Part shown: piece by piece, positions 9,824 through 19,367 of the stretch
How the letters are laid out: each line of letters opens with the position of its first letter
How positions within the stretch are numbered: position 1 is the stretch's first letter
Source: Gammaproteobacteria bacterium
GTDB taxonomy: Bacteria; Pseudomonadota; Gammaproteobacteria; Steroidobacterales; Foliamicaceae
Reading direction: 5' to 3'
Length of the DNA: 64,000 nucleotides
Assembly: GCA_009844425.1 (NCBI GenBank)
Contig: VYBN01000033.1
Coordinates: forward strand, 146,263-210,262
Notes under the pieces: generated by a model
Databases searched by the model: none
Told to the model about the DNA's origin: nothing
The model's input: only the letters and a program-made list of their open reading frames with translations
Program-made: the position numbers and the translations under genes

Positions 9824-10531
9824 GTGAACGAAACGAATTCCGCGACCCACGCACCGCCGCTGTCCTGTCACGGGCTGGTCAGGCACTTTCGCGAGCAGGG
9901 CCGGGTTCTTGAGGTGCTGCGCGGCGTGGATCTCGAGATTGCCGCCGGCGAGCGTCTGGCGGTCGTGGGCGCCTCGGGTTCCGGGAAGACCACGCTGCTT
10001 CAGTTACTGGGCGGCCTGGACACGCCCACGCGCGGCTGGGTCCAGCTGAACGGCAGGAATTTCAGCGCGATGCGGCCCGCGGAACGCGGAAGCCGTCGCA
10101 ACCGCCACATCGGTTTCGTTTACCAGTTTCATCACCTGCTGCCCGAGTTCAGCGCCGAGGAGAACGTCGCGATGCCGCTGCTGATCCGTCGGTCGGATAC
10201 AACCGAGGCACTGGCGAATGCACGCGCACTGCTCGAGCAGGTGGGGCTGGGCGAGCGGCTCATGCATCGTCCGGCAAAACTCTCCGGGGGCGAGCGTCAG
10301 CGCGTGGCGGTGGCGCGCGCGCTGATCACCCGCCCGTCGGTCGTGCTTGCCGACGAACCGACCGGAAACCTGGATCCCGAATCCGGCGAACAGGTGTTCG
10401 AGCTTCTGTTGAAACTGAATCGGGACACCGGGACTGCGCTGGTCGTCGTGACCCATGACTTCAAGCGCGCCCGGCGCATGGACCGGGTCCTCGCCCTGCG
10501 CGACGGCCGGCTGGCCGAAGCGGGCAACTGA
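9824..10531 (+). CDS. lolD: Lipoprotein-releasing system ATP-binding protein LolD
   Basis: Walker A GASGSGKTT, ABC signature LSGGERQR and Walker B VVLADEPTGNLD. The GTG start lies 1 nt after the lolE stop. Confidence 0.9.
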   Translation: MNETNSATHAPPLSCHGLVRHFREQGRVLEVLRGVDLEIAAGERLAVVGASGSGKTTLLQLLGGLDTPTRGWVQLNGRNFSAMRPAERGSRRNRHIGFVYQFHHLLPEFSAEENVAMPLLIRRSDTTEALANARALLEQVGLGERLMHRPAKLSGGERQRVAVARALITRPSVVLADEPTGNLDPESGEQVFELLLKLNRDTGTALVVVTHDFKRARRMDRVLALRDGRLAEAGN

Positions 10532-10550
10532 ACACCGTTCCCGGCTGCTG

Positions 10551-12908
10551 ATGTTGCGGCTGGGCATGGCGTGGCTGGCCGGCGTCTGCCTGGCGTTCCT
10601 GGTCCTTCCGCCGCCGCCCGATCCGTATCTTTTCGCCGTCATGCTGGCCATCGCGGCGCTGACCGCATGGGTCATGCGCGGCAGGCTCATCGGCGTTGCG
10701 CTGCTGGGCGCCGCCGTCGCCCTTTTTCTGGGCGGGCTGCGGCTGGAGCAGCGCATGCCGGATTCCGCGGGGCGGGTGGACCGGATCCTGACCGGGGTGA
10801 TCGACGACTTTCCGAGCGTCGGCGATGGAACCTGCCGTTTTCGGCTCCGGGTGGGCGATATGGAGGACCGGGGTCCGCGGCTCGAGCGCATCCTGGTGAC
10901 CTGGTACGAATGCCGCGAGCCGCCCCGGGCCGGGGAAACCTGGCGCTTCAAGCTGCGCGTGCGCGCTCCCAGGGGGCTGTTCAACCCGGGCGGATTCGAT
11001 TTCGAGCAGTGGGCGTTCCGCGAGAACCTGAGCGCAACGGGCTACGTGCGAGATGAACTCGCCCCGCATCGCCTGGCCGGCTGCGAAGCGGGTCCGCGGC
11101 TGCTCTGCGCCCGGGCCGGCCTCGTGGAGCGGTTGCGGGCCTGGCTTGACGGCAATCCCGGACTGCCCTACGTCATCGCCCTGACGACCGGAGCGCGGCA
11201 TTTGCTGACCGACGGAGACTGGGAGGCGCTGCGACGGACGGGGACCGCGCACCTGTTTGCGATATCGGGTCTGCACGTGGGTGTCGTGGCCTGGTTCGCC
11301 TGGCTGGTGGGTTCCGCCCTGGGCCGTATCGCCCAACACCTGTCCGGCGGGATTCGGGTGCGTCATACGGCGGCCGGAATATCGTTCCTGGCGGCCCTGG
11401 GCTACGCGGCGCTGGCCGGCTTTGCGGTATCCACGCTGCGCAGCCTGGCGATGATCACGGCGGTGCTGGTTTTCACGCAGATGCGGCGCTACGGGGGACT
11501 CGGCGCGTCCCTGGGCGCCGCCCTGCTCGTGGTCCTCGTGCCCGATCCGTTTGCGGTGCTTTCGCCCGGCTTCTGGTTGAGTTTCGGCGCCGTGGCTCTT
11601 CTGGCGCTCAGCGTACTCGGACTGCGCGAACCGGCTGCCGGTTCCGACGGGTTGGCGGCTTCGTCCGCATCCTCCAGGGTACGCCGGCTGGCCGTGGCCC
11701 AGTGGCGCATTTCACTGGGACTGGCGCCGCTGGTCCTGGTCTTTTTCGGCGAGGTTTCGGTGATCGGGGCGGCCATCAACCTCATCGCGATTCCGCTCTT
11801 TTCCCTGCTGATCGTGCCGGGGCTGCTGGCGGCCCTGCTGTTGAGCGTCGTCTGGCCTGCCGGGGGCGTTTTCCTGCTGGACAACGGCACCGGCCTGCTC
11901 GCGGCCTTGATGTCCATGCTGTCGCAGCTTTCCGTTCTGGATATGGCCGCCTGGTCGCCGCCGGATTTCGGATTCCTGCCCGCCATACTGGCCGTTGCCG
12001 GGGTCGTATGGCTGCTGGCGCCCAGGCCGGCCCCGGCGCGCTGGGCCGCGCCGCTGCTGCTCGTTCCGGCGGTACTGGGGATGGACCGGAATCACGACCA
12101 GACCGAACTGGCGGTCACCGTGCTGGATGTGGGCCAGGGCCTGGCCGTGCTGGTGCAGGCGCCCGAATACAACCTGCTATACGACGCCGGCCCCCGGTAT
12201 TCCTCCAGTGACGCGGGCGACAGCGTGGTCCTGCCCGCCATAGGCTCGCTGGGCGTAAGACGCCTGGACGCGCTGGTGGTCTCGCACGGCGACAGCGATC
12301 ATGCGGGCGGAGCGGCGAGCGTCCTCAAGGCGCACCCCGAAGCGGAACTGATCGCCCCGGCCCTTTACGGACTGGAAACGGACCGCTACCGGCGCTGCGT
12401 TACCGGAGTGCAGTGGGCCGCCGGTGCGGTGCGGTTCCGGGCTCTGAACCCCGACCCGGGCTCGGGATCGCGGGGGAACGACGATTCCTGCGTCCTGGTC
12501 GTCGAGGCGCCGGGCGTGCGGGTGCTGCTGCCGGGCGACCTGGAATCCCGCGGCGAGTCCCGGTTGGTCGACCGGGCGCTGGACGGACCCTTCGACCTGG
12601 TCCTTTCGCCGCATCACGGCAGTTCAAGTTCCTCCTCAAGCCGGTTCGTGCAGGCCGTGCGCCCACGCCTGGTGGCGCATTCCACCGGATTCTTCAATCG
12701 CTGGGGATTCCCCAGGGATACGGTGGTCGCGCGCTGGACCGGGGCAGGCGCCCGGCAGTGGGACACGGGCGCGAGCGGTGCGCTGCGATTCGAATCGCGC
12801 GGCGGTATTCCGCTGGAACTGGCGACGGAGTGGCGCCGCGACAGGGCGCGGCTCTGGACCTATCCCGCACCGGCCGAAAGTGATTCGCAATTGCCCGGCG
12901 CCGGGTAA
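10551..12908 (+). CDS. comEC: DNA internalisation-related competence protein ComEC/Rec2
   Basis: Multi-TM competence domain plus a C-terminal metallo-beta-lactamase block (VLDVGQGLAVLV, VVSHGDSDHAGG). The start is taken at ATG 10551 (MLRLGMAW). Confidence 0.85.
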   Translation: MLRLGMAWLAGVCLAFLVLPPPPDPYLFAVMLAIAALTAWVMRGRLIGVALLGAAVALFLGGLRLEQRMPDSAGRVDRILTGVIDDFPSVGDGTCRFRLRVGDMEDRGPRLERILVTWYECREPPRAGETWRFKLRVRAPRGLFNPGGFDFEQWAFRENLSATGYVRDELAPHRLAGCEAGPRLLCARAGLVERLRAWLDGNPGLPYVIALTTGARHLLTDGDWEALRRTGTAHLFAISGLHVGVVAWFAWLVGSALGRIAQHLSGGIRVRHTAAGISFLAALGYAALAGFAVSTLRSLAMITAVLVFTQMRRYGGLGASLGAALLVVLVPDPFAVLSPGFWLSFGAVALLALSVLGLREPAAGSDGLAASSASSRVRRLAVAQWRISLGLAPLVLVFFGEVSVIGAAINLIAIPLFSLLIVPGLLAALLLSVVWPAGGVFLLDNGTGLLAALMSMLSQLSVLDMAAWSPPDFGFLPAILAVAGVVWLLAPRPAPARWAAPLLLVPAVLGMDRNHDQTELAVTVLDVGQGLAVLVQAPEYNLLYDAGPRYSSSDAGDSVVLPAIGSLGVRRLDALVVSHGDSDHAGGAASVLKAHPEAELIAPALYGLETDRYRRCVTGVQWAAGAVRFRALNPDPGSGSRGNDDSCVLVVEAPGVRVLLPGDLESRGESRLVDRALDGPFDLVLSPHHGSSSSSSSRFVQAVRPRLVAHSTGFFNRWGFPRDTVVARWTGAGARQWDTGASGALRFESRGGIPLELATEWRRDRARLWTYPAPAESDSQLPGAG

Positions 12909-12917
12909 ACTCGAAGC

Positions 12918-14672
12918 ATGCAGCCCGAATCTCCAATGCGACGACTTGGATCGCTGGCCGTCCCGTACTGGCGCGGCTTTCTGCTCGCGGTACTGGCCAT
13001 GGCCGTATTCGCATTGACCGAGATCGGGTTCGCGATTGCCGTCGAACGGCTGACGGGACTGCTGGTCAACGATGGGGGTCCCTGGGCGCGATGGTTGCCG
13101 GCCGGCGTGCTGGGCCTGTTTCTGATACGCGGCGTTTCCGGGTTCGTTTCGGCGCATCAACTGGGGAGGATCGGCCGCTCGGTGGTGGGGCAGCTCAGGG
13201 CCATGCTGTTCGAGCGGTTCCTGCACATGCCCGTGCGGGCGGTGGAAAAGCGACCGCGCGCGCAGTTGCTCTCGCGCATGCTCTACGACGCCGAGCAGGT
13301 GGCGGACGCGGCCTCGACGGTCATCACGACCATCGTTCGCGACAGCCTCACGGTGCTCGGTCTGGTTGCCTACATGGTCTACGCCAGCGCCGGACTCTCC
13401 GCGGTGGTGCTCGTCGTGGCGCCGCTGATCGCATTGACGGCGCGGGTGCTGTCGCGGCACTTCCGCCGCTACAGCAGCCGGATCCAGGAAAACATGGGCG
13501 AGGTTTCGCGGATCACCGACGAGGCCTTGCGCGGGCTCCGCATCATCAAGGTGTTCGGAGGCGCGCGGCGGGAGAGCGAACGCTTCGCCCGCGCCAACGA
13601 AGGCAACAGGAGGCTGCATCTCAAGCTGATCATGGCGCGCGCCGGCGGCGACGGCGTCACGATGCTGCTGGCTGCCGTGGGCGTTGCATCGGTAGCCTGG
13701 TTCGTGGCCCAGTATTCCGTCAGCGACGGGCTCGAGGTGGAGAAATTCACCGGCTTCATGGCGGCGATGCTGTTGCTGATGACGCCGCTTAAGCACCTCA
13801 CCAACGTCAATGCCTCGCTGCAGCGGGGCCTGGCGGCCGCGGAATCGGTATTCGGCCTGCTGGACAGCGCAGTGGAGTCCGATGACGCTGCAACCCCGGC
13901 CGTGCCGACCATGGCGCGCGCCCGGGGAGAGCTGGAATTCGCCCGCGTGTCGTTTTCCTATGACCGCGAGGGCGCGGCGGCGCTGCGCGACGTGACGCTC
14001 GGGATCGAGCCTGGGGAGAGGGTGGCGATCGTGGGGCGATCGGGAAGCGGCAAGTCCACACTGGTCAGCCTGATCCCGCGCTTCTTTGAACCGGACGCCG
14101 GGGAACTGCGGCTGGACGGACGCCCCCTGAACGAGTGGCCGCTGCCGGCCCTGCGTGCGCAGATCGCTCTGGTGACGCAGGACGTCATGCTTTTCAATGA
14201 CACGCTGGCGAACAACATCGCCTACGGCTCGCTGTCCGGCGCCGGCGCGGGCGCGGTGGAAGCGGCGGCCCGGGCCGCCCACGTCATGGAGTTCGTGGAA
14301 TCCAGGCGCGACGGCCTGGACGCGCTGGTGGGTGAAGGGGGCCTTAGCCTGTCCGGCGGGGAGAGGCAGCGGGTGGCCATCGCCCGGGCCCTGCTGAAGG
14401 ACGCCCCGGTCCTGATTCTCGACGAGGCCACCTCGGCGCTGGACAGCCGCTCGGAGCGTCACGTGCAGGTAGCCCTGGACCGGCTGATGCGGGGCCGCAC
14501 CACGCTGGTCATCGCCCATCGGCTAAGCACGGTGGAACACGCGGATCGCATCGTGGTCCTGGAGCGGGGCCGAATCGTGGAGGCGGGGCCGCACGCGGAA
14601 CTGCTTGCGAAAGGCGGGCATTACGCCAGCCTGCACCGGCTGCAATTCCGAAACGGCGGGAATGCCAGCTGA
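12918..14672 (+). CDS. msbA: Lipid A export ABC transporter permease/ATPase MsbA
   Basis: N-terminal 6-TM ABC exporter domain, Walker A GRSGSGKST, signature LSGGERQR and Walker B LILDEATSALD. It lies in the msbA-lpxK-kdsB context. Confidence 0.9.
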   Translation: MQPESPMRRLGSLAVPYWRGFLLAVLAMAVFALTEIGFAIAVERLTGLLVNDGGPWARWLPAGVLGLFLIRGVSGFVSAHQLGRIGRSVVGQLRAMLFERFLHMPVRAVEKRPRAQLLSRMLYDAEQVADAASTVITTIVRDSLTVLGLVAYMVYASAGLSAVVLVVAPLIALTARVLSRHFRRYSSRIQENMGEVSRITDEALRGLRIIKVFGGARRESERFARANEGNRRLHLKLIMARAGGDGVTMLLAAVGVASVAWFVAQYSVSDGLEVEKFTGFMAAMLLLMTPLKHLTNVNASLQRGLAAAESVFGLLDSAVESDDAATPAVPTMARARGELEFARVSFSYDREGAAALRDVTLGIEPGERVAIVGRSGSGKSTLVSLIPRFFEPDAGELRLDGRPLNEWPLPALRAQIALVTQDVMLFNDTLANNIAYGSLSGAGAGAVEAAARAAHVMEFVESRRDGLDALVGEGGLSLSGGERQRVAIARALLKDAPVLILDEATSALDSRSERHVQVALDRLMRGRTTLVIAHRLSTVEHADRIVVLERGRIVEAGPHAELLAKGGHYASLHRLQFRNGGNAS

Positions 14673-15648
14673 CACGGTACTTGAGGCGTGGGAGCGGCGC
14701 GGCTGGCTCAGCGCCTTGCTCCGTCCGGCGGCAGGCCTGTTCGCCGCCGCCGCCGCCATGCGGCGGACCGCCTACCGCAAGGGCTGGGCGCGTTCCTTTT
14801 CGGCGGGCGCCCCGGTAGTGATCGTCGGCAATATCACCGTGGGAGGGACCGGCAAGACGCCGGTTACCGGCTGGCTCGCACAATCGCTGGCGCAGGCAGG
14901 CCGAAGTCCAGCCATCGTAAGCCGCGGCTACGGTGGGCGCAGGCAGAACACTCCGGTGCGCGTCACGCCGCTTTCCGACGCCGGCGAAGTCGGCGATGAG
15001 CCGGTCCTGCTGGCGAAGCAGGCCGAGTGTCCGGTCTGGGTCTGCATCGACAGGGCAAGCGCCGCGCGCACGGCGGTAGCGGAAGGCGCGGAGATCGTGT
15101 TGTCGGACGACGGACTGCAGCACTACCGCATGGCGCGGGATTTCGAGATTTGCGTCGTCGACGGTGACCGTGGCCTGGGAAACGGTCTTCGGCTCCCGGC
15201 CGGTCCTTTGCGCGAGTCCTCCCGGCGTCTCGGGGAAGTGGATGAAGTGCTGGTCCAGGGCATGCAAAGCGAGTTCCCGGGGTGCAAATTCGAATTGCGG
15301 ATCGACCGTGCGGTGCGGCTGGACGGCGCCGGGGAGCGGCCGTTGACGGATTTCGCCGGCCGGCGCGTCCTGGCGCTGGCGGGTATTGGCTTCCCGCGGC
15401 GCTTTCATGCGGCGCTAAGGGCTTATGGTCTTGAAGTGGAACCGATCCGGGCGCCGGACCACGGCCGGGTTTCTCGGGCGGCGCTGCTGAAACGCGGTCT
15501 TCCCGTGATCATGACGGCCAAGGACGCCGTAAAGTACTCGGACCCCGCTGGAGGTGATCTGTGGTGGACTCCCGCAACGGTGTACATGCCCGAAAGCTCC
15601 CGCGAGAGAGTCCTCCGCAGGGTTCTCGCTTTGCTCGACAAGGACTAG
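14662..15648 (+). CDS. lpxK: Tetraacyldisaccharide 4'-kinase LpxK
   Basis: P-loop GNITVGGTGKTP and SRGYGG. ATG 14662 overlaps the msbA stop by 11 nt. Confidence 0.9.
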   Translation: MPADTVLEAWERRGWLSALLRPAAGLFAAAAAMRRTAYRKGWARSFSAGAPVVIVGNITVGGTGKTPVTGWLAQSLAQAGRSPAIVSRGYGGRRQNTPVRVTPLSDAGEVGDEPVLLAKQAECPVWVCIDRASAARTAVAEGAEIVLSDDGLQHYRMARDFEICVVDGDRGLGNGLRLPAGPLRESSRRLGEVDEVLVQGMQSEFPGCKFELRIDRAVRLDGAGERPLTDFAGRRVLALAGIGFPRRFHAALRAYGLEVEPIRAPDHGRVSRAALLKRGLPVIMTAKDAVKYSDPAGGDLWWTPATVYMPESSRERVLRRVLALLDKD

Positions 15649-15663
15649 TGTAAACAGGCCCTG

Positions 15664-16401
15664 ATGACAGCCGTCTTTCATATCGTCATTCCCGCGCGTT
15701 ACGCGTCCGCCCGCTTGCCCGGCAAGCCCCTGACACCGCTGGCCGGGCGGCCCCTGGTGGAGCATGTGTGGCGCCGGGCACGCGAGGGCGGGGCGCAAAC
15801 CGTTGTGGTCGCCACCGACGACGAGCGCGTGGCCTCCTGCGTGGAGAACTTCGGCGGCCGTGTCTGTCTGACCCGCGCGGATCATGCCTCGGGATCGGAC
15901 CGGGTAGCGGAGGTGGCCGAACAGTCCGGGTTCGGGCCGGACGAGGTGATCGTCAATCTCCAGGGCGATGCGCCGCTGGTTGATCCCGCGCATATTCGCG
16001 CCGTGGCCGCCAGGGCGCTTCGCGACGATCTGGCCACGCTGGCTTCGCCGCTGCCCGACGCGGCCGAGGCCGCCAACCCCAATGTGGTCAAGGTGGTTCT
16101 GGATGCGGCCGGAAGGGCCCTGTATTTCAGCCGCGCGCCGATTCCCGGCAGCCACCCGATCAGGGCCACCCGGCCCCGCTTCCTGCGCCATACCGGCCTG
16201 TATGCCTACCGCGTTCGGATTCTGAAGCGGCTGACGGACGAGCCGCGCTGTGAGCTGGAACTCAGCGAGGGGCTGGAGCAGCTTCGCGCCCTTTGGCTGG
16301 GCATGAGCATCGGCGTGGAAGTGGTGGACCCGCCACCGGGACCGGAAGTGGACACGCCCGAAGATGTGCGCAAAGTAGAACGGATCCTGCGCTCCGTATA
16401 A
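15664..16401 (+). CDS. kdsB: 3-deoxy-manno-octulosonate cytidylyltransferase KdsB
   Basis: IPARYASARLPGKPL and NLQGDAPL blocks, 245 aa. Confidence 0.9.
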   Translation: MTAVFHIVIPARYASARLPGKPLTPLAGRPLVEHVWRRAREGGAQTVVVATDDERVASCVENFGGRVCLTRADHASGSDRVAEVAEQSGFGPDEVIVNLQGDAPLVDPAHIRAVAARALRDDLATLASPLPDAAEAANPNVVKVVLDAAGRALYFSRAPIPGSHPIRATRPRFLRHTGLYAYRVRILKRLTDEPRCELELSEGLEQLRALWLGMSIGVEVVDPPPGPEVDTPEDVRKVERILRSV

Positions 16402-16439
16402 TATTTTCCCCTGCCACCTACCACTCAGCGAGGGATTCC

Positions 16440-17075
16440 ATGAGCGTTCAAGCTTTGCGAAAAGAAACCGAAACCATGCCGGGAGCCCGGCCTGCAGCCG
16501 CCGGCGGGCCTCCGCCCGGAGTAGCGGGTGGCCCTCCGCCGCATGCGTGGACCGGCGTCGACACCGGCGTCGAAGGCCGTGAGGAGGAGTTCGGCAAGTC
16601 GGTGGCGGTGGTGCTCAAGACCCTCAAGAACACGAAACCCTATCCGCACGAAATCAACGACGCCCTGATCAAGGCGCGGCTTCAGGCCATGCAGTTCGCC
16701 AAGGACCACGGTTTGATGGAGGAATACGTGGCCCACGACATCAAGACCATGACGCCGCTGACCAACCTCATGAAAGGTCTGGTCGAGAAGTCCGGGCAAG
16801 CCGAGATTGCCCTGATCGGCATCTTCGACCGCACGGCCTGCCACTACCAGTTGTGCCTGGAAACGGAGTCCGGTCCCGGAATGCGCCGCTGGCGCTCACC
16901 GTTCGCCCGCGTGCTTGCAGCCACTCACAGGATCGGACAGTTTGATCTGACCGAGGAGTGGATTCACGAGAACTGGACCCGGCCGCGGCTGCTCGGATAC
17001 GCCGAAGCCATAGGCGTGGAGATGCGCGTTTCGCACTGGCAGCCCGACGGCTGGCTGACCGCCGAAGTCGACTGA
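16440..17075 (+). CDS. Hypothetical protein with a Gly/Pro-rich N-terminus; no family recognised
   Basis: Strong third-position G/C bias in this frame. ATG 16440 is taken as the start (the track ORF starts at 16293 inside kdsB). No recognisable motif. Confidence 0.5.
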   Translation: MSVQALRKETETMPGARPAAAGGPPPGVAGGPPPHAWTGVDTGVEGREEEFGKSVAVVLKTLKNTKPYPHEINDALIKARLQAMQFAKDHGLMEEYVAHDIKTMTPLTNLMKGLVEKSGQAEIALIGIFDRTACHYQLCLETESGPGMRRWRSPFARVLAATHRIGQFDLTEEWIHENWTRPRLLGYAEAIGVEMRVSHWQPDGWLTAEVD

Positions 17076-17083
17076 GCGCCTGA

Positions 17084-19096
17084 TCAGGAGGGCGGCTGCG
17101 AGTCCGCGGCCGGCCTTCTGCGCCGTCTGCGGCGCCTGCGGCGCGGTGCCTGGCCGCCGGCCGCTTCGCCGTCCTTCTTCGCCGCAGCCGGATTCGGCGG
17201 AGCTTTTGCCTTGCCGTCTCTCTTTTTCTGCTTCTGCTGGCCCTTGGGCCGCGACTCCGCTTTCGACTTCTGACCGCCTCTTGCCCTGGAGTCGCCCTGT
17301 TTTCTTCCCTTGCCGCTGCTTTTGCCCTTCGACGGATGCCTGGAACGCGTCCGTTTGGGCGGCTGGGCCTTCTGCTTCTTCTTCCGGGCGTCCGCCTTCT
17401 TCTTCCTGTCCAGCCCGAAAAGCCTTGCGAAGAAACCAGCCTTCGGCTTCTTCCTGTCCTTTTGCTTTCTCGCGGCCTTGACCTTGCGCTCGGGTGGCGC
17501 CGTGTCCGGCAACGTCCGTTCCACGGCGGGTCTCTCGGGCGGCTTGGGGCTGCTGGGCGTCAGCAGCGCAGGCGGCGGCGCCGTCACCGTCGTCATTTCG
17601 TAACTCGGCGTGTCTTCGTCGTCGTCCTTGCCCCGAACACGGCGCAACGCGAATTCCGGTGTCTCCATGGCGGAGTTGGCCACCAGCACCACGCTGACCT
17701 TGAACACGTCCTCGATCTGCGAGAGCACGGACCGCTTTTCGTTAAGCAGGAAATTCGCGACAACCAGCGGTAACTCGGCGACCACCTTGGAAGTGCGTTC
17801 CTTGCCCGCTTCCTCACTGATCATCCGCAGGACGTGCAGCCCAAGCGACTCCACGCCCCGGATTCGCCCGGTGCCGCCGCACCTCGGGCAGGTCTCGTGG
17901 GTCGCGTCCACCAGCGAAGTGCGCAGGCGCTGGCGCGACATTTCGAGGATGCCGAAGCGCGAAATCTGTCCGATCTGGATTCTCGCCGGTTCGTTGCGCG
18001 TGGCCTGGCGCAGCCGTTCCTCCACTTGCCGGTTGGCGCCGGAGGAACGCATGTCGATGAAGTCGATCATGATGAGCCCCGACAGGTCGCGGATGCGGCA
18101 CTGGCGGGCGATCTGGTCCGCGGCCTCGAGGTTGGTCTGGAGCGCGGTCTGTTCGATATCGTCGGCGGACGTGGCGCGCGCGGAGTTGACGTCTACGCAG
18201 ATGCCCGCCTCCGGCTGGTCGATGATGATCTGGCCGCCGGAAGGCAGGTTTACCCGGCGCCGGTACGCCGAGTCGATCTGGCTCTCGATCTGGTAGCGGT
18301 TGAACAGGGGGCCGTCGCCTTCATGGCGCCGCAGCCGGTTGAGGAAGTGCGGCATGGTGTGCTTCATGAAGCTGCGAATGCTCTCGTAGGCCTCGTCGTC
18401 GTCCACCACGACCTCGCCGATGGAGTCGGACAGGTAGTCGCGCACCGCCCGCAGGATCACGCTGGATTCCTGCACCACCAGGAACGGGCCGTCACGATCC
18501 AGCACCGCGAGCTTGATGGCCTCCCAGATCCGCAACTGGTTGTCGAGGTCCCACTGCAGTTCCTCGGTGCTCCGATCATGCCCCTGGGTGCGGATGATGA
18601 CGCTCATCCCCTTGGGGATATTGAGCTTCCCGAGCCTCTGCTGCACGGCCTGGCGATCCTCGCCGCGCACCTGGCGGGATACGCCGCCGCCGCGCGGATT
18701 ATTGGCGTTCAGCACCAGGTAGCGGCCGGCCAGCGAAACGTGGGTGCTGAGAGCAGCCCCCTTGTTGTCCCGCTCGTCTTTCTCCACCTGCACCACGAGC
18801 TGCTGGCCTTCGTCCACCAGCTCGGCGATGTTCAGCGGCTTGCCGGGCTCCGGAGTACGCAGGAAGTACTCGCGGGATATGTCTTCCAGAGGGAGAAAAC
18901 CATGGCGCTCCGCGCCGAAATCCACAAAGGCAGCCTCCAGGCTGGGTTCTATGCGCGCGATGCGCCCCTTGTAGATGTTGCCCCTCTTTTCTTCCTTTTC
19001 CCTGTGTTCAATGGCAAGGTCATAGAGTTCTTGCCCATCGACCAGGGCAACGCGCACCTCTTCGTGCTGGGTGGCGTTTACAAGCATTCTTTTCAT
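17084..19096 (-). CDS. rne: Ribonuclease E (short form, about 670 aa)
   Basis: The N-terminus MKRMLVNATQHEEVRVALVDGQ...NIYKGRIARIEPSLEAAFVDFG (S1 domain) is followed by the catalytic core. The C-terminal tail is Lys/Arg/Pro-rich and includes a run of 9 Arg. rluC lies divergent, as in E. coli and Pseudomonas. Confidence 0.9.
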   Translation of the reverse strand: MKRMLVNATQHEEVRVALVDGQELYDLAIEHREKEEKRGNIYKGRIARIEPSLEAAFVDFGAERHGFLPLEDISREYFLRTPEPGKPLNIAELVDEGQQLVVQVEKDERDNKGAALSTHVSLAGRYLVLNANNPRGGGVSRQVRGEDRQAVQQRLGKLNIPKGMSVIIRTQGHDRSTEELQWDLDNQLRIWEAIKLAVLDRDGPFLVVQESSVILRAVRDYLSDSIGEVVVDDDEAYESIRSFMKHTMPHFLNRLRRHEGDGPLFNRYQIESQIDSAYRRRVNLPSGGQIIIDQPEAGICVDVNSARATSADDIEQTALQTNLEAADQIARQCRIRDLSGLIMIDFIDMRSSGANRQVEERLRQATRNEPARIQIGQISRFGILEMSRQRLRTSLVDATHETCPRCGGTGRIRGVESLGLHVLRMISEEAGKERTSKVVAELPLVVANFLLNEKRSVLSQIEDVFKVSVVLVANSAMETPEFALRRVRGKDDDEDTPSYEMTTVTAPPPALLTPSSPKPPERPAVERTLPDTAPPERKVKAARKQKDRKKPKAGFFARLFGLDRKKKADARKKKQKAQPPKRTRSRHPSKGKSSGKGRKQGDSRARGGQKSKAESRPKGQQKQKKRDGKAKAPPNPAAAKKDGEAAGGQAPRRRRRRRRRRPAADSQPPS

Positions 19097-19345
19097 TGTG
19101 AATCTCGTCCGTATTCGGGCGGAGCCACGCCGCAGCCGTGCCCGGCGCCCACCCATGGGGGCGCCGGCGGCAAAGCATGTAGAGGTAAATCATCAGGAAA
19201 ACGTCAGGTGCACGTTCGGGTCCTTGAAATTCATCCGGAAAGACCGGCGTTCCTCCGCCGCAATTGGAAACAGTTCCGGCAGGTCAGTCCTGCCGATTGC
19301 GCAAACGGTTGCGCGGGCGCGTGTCAGCAGCGCCGACGCATAATA
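19097..19345 (-). promoter_or_regulatory. Candidate structured 5' leader of rne, with an AT-rich -10-like box near 19341-19347
   Basis: The gap to rluC is about 270 nt and untranslated. It holds four GC-rich hairpins at 19142-19167, 19277-19295, 19299-19314 and 19316-19334. E. coli rne has a long autoregulatory leader. No homology to that leader is claimed. Confidence 0.3.
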
Positions 19346-19367
19346 TAGCACGGTCCGCCATCCGGCC

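Noticed and set aside
12636-14519. A 627-aa ORF antisense to msbA. Similar very long antisense ORFs occur at 17834-19348 (opposite rne), 23507-25717 (clpB), 31322-32806 (aspS), 34928-36556 and 36785-38197 (FadB-like/mutS), 38387-39499 (mutS), 41674-44148 (alaS) and 48777-50387 (TonB receptor).
   Set aside because: Their translations are Arg/Pro/Gly/His/Ala-rich low-complexity strings with no family motifs. The opposite strand carries unmistakable conserved proteins. Long stop-free antisense frames are expected at this GC content.
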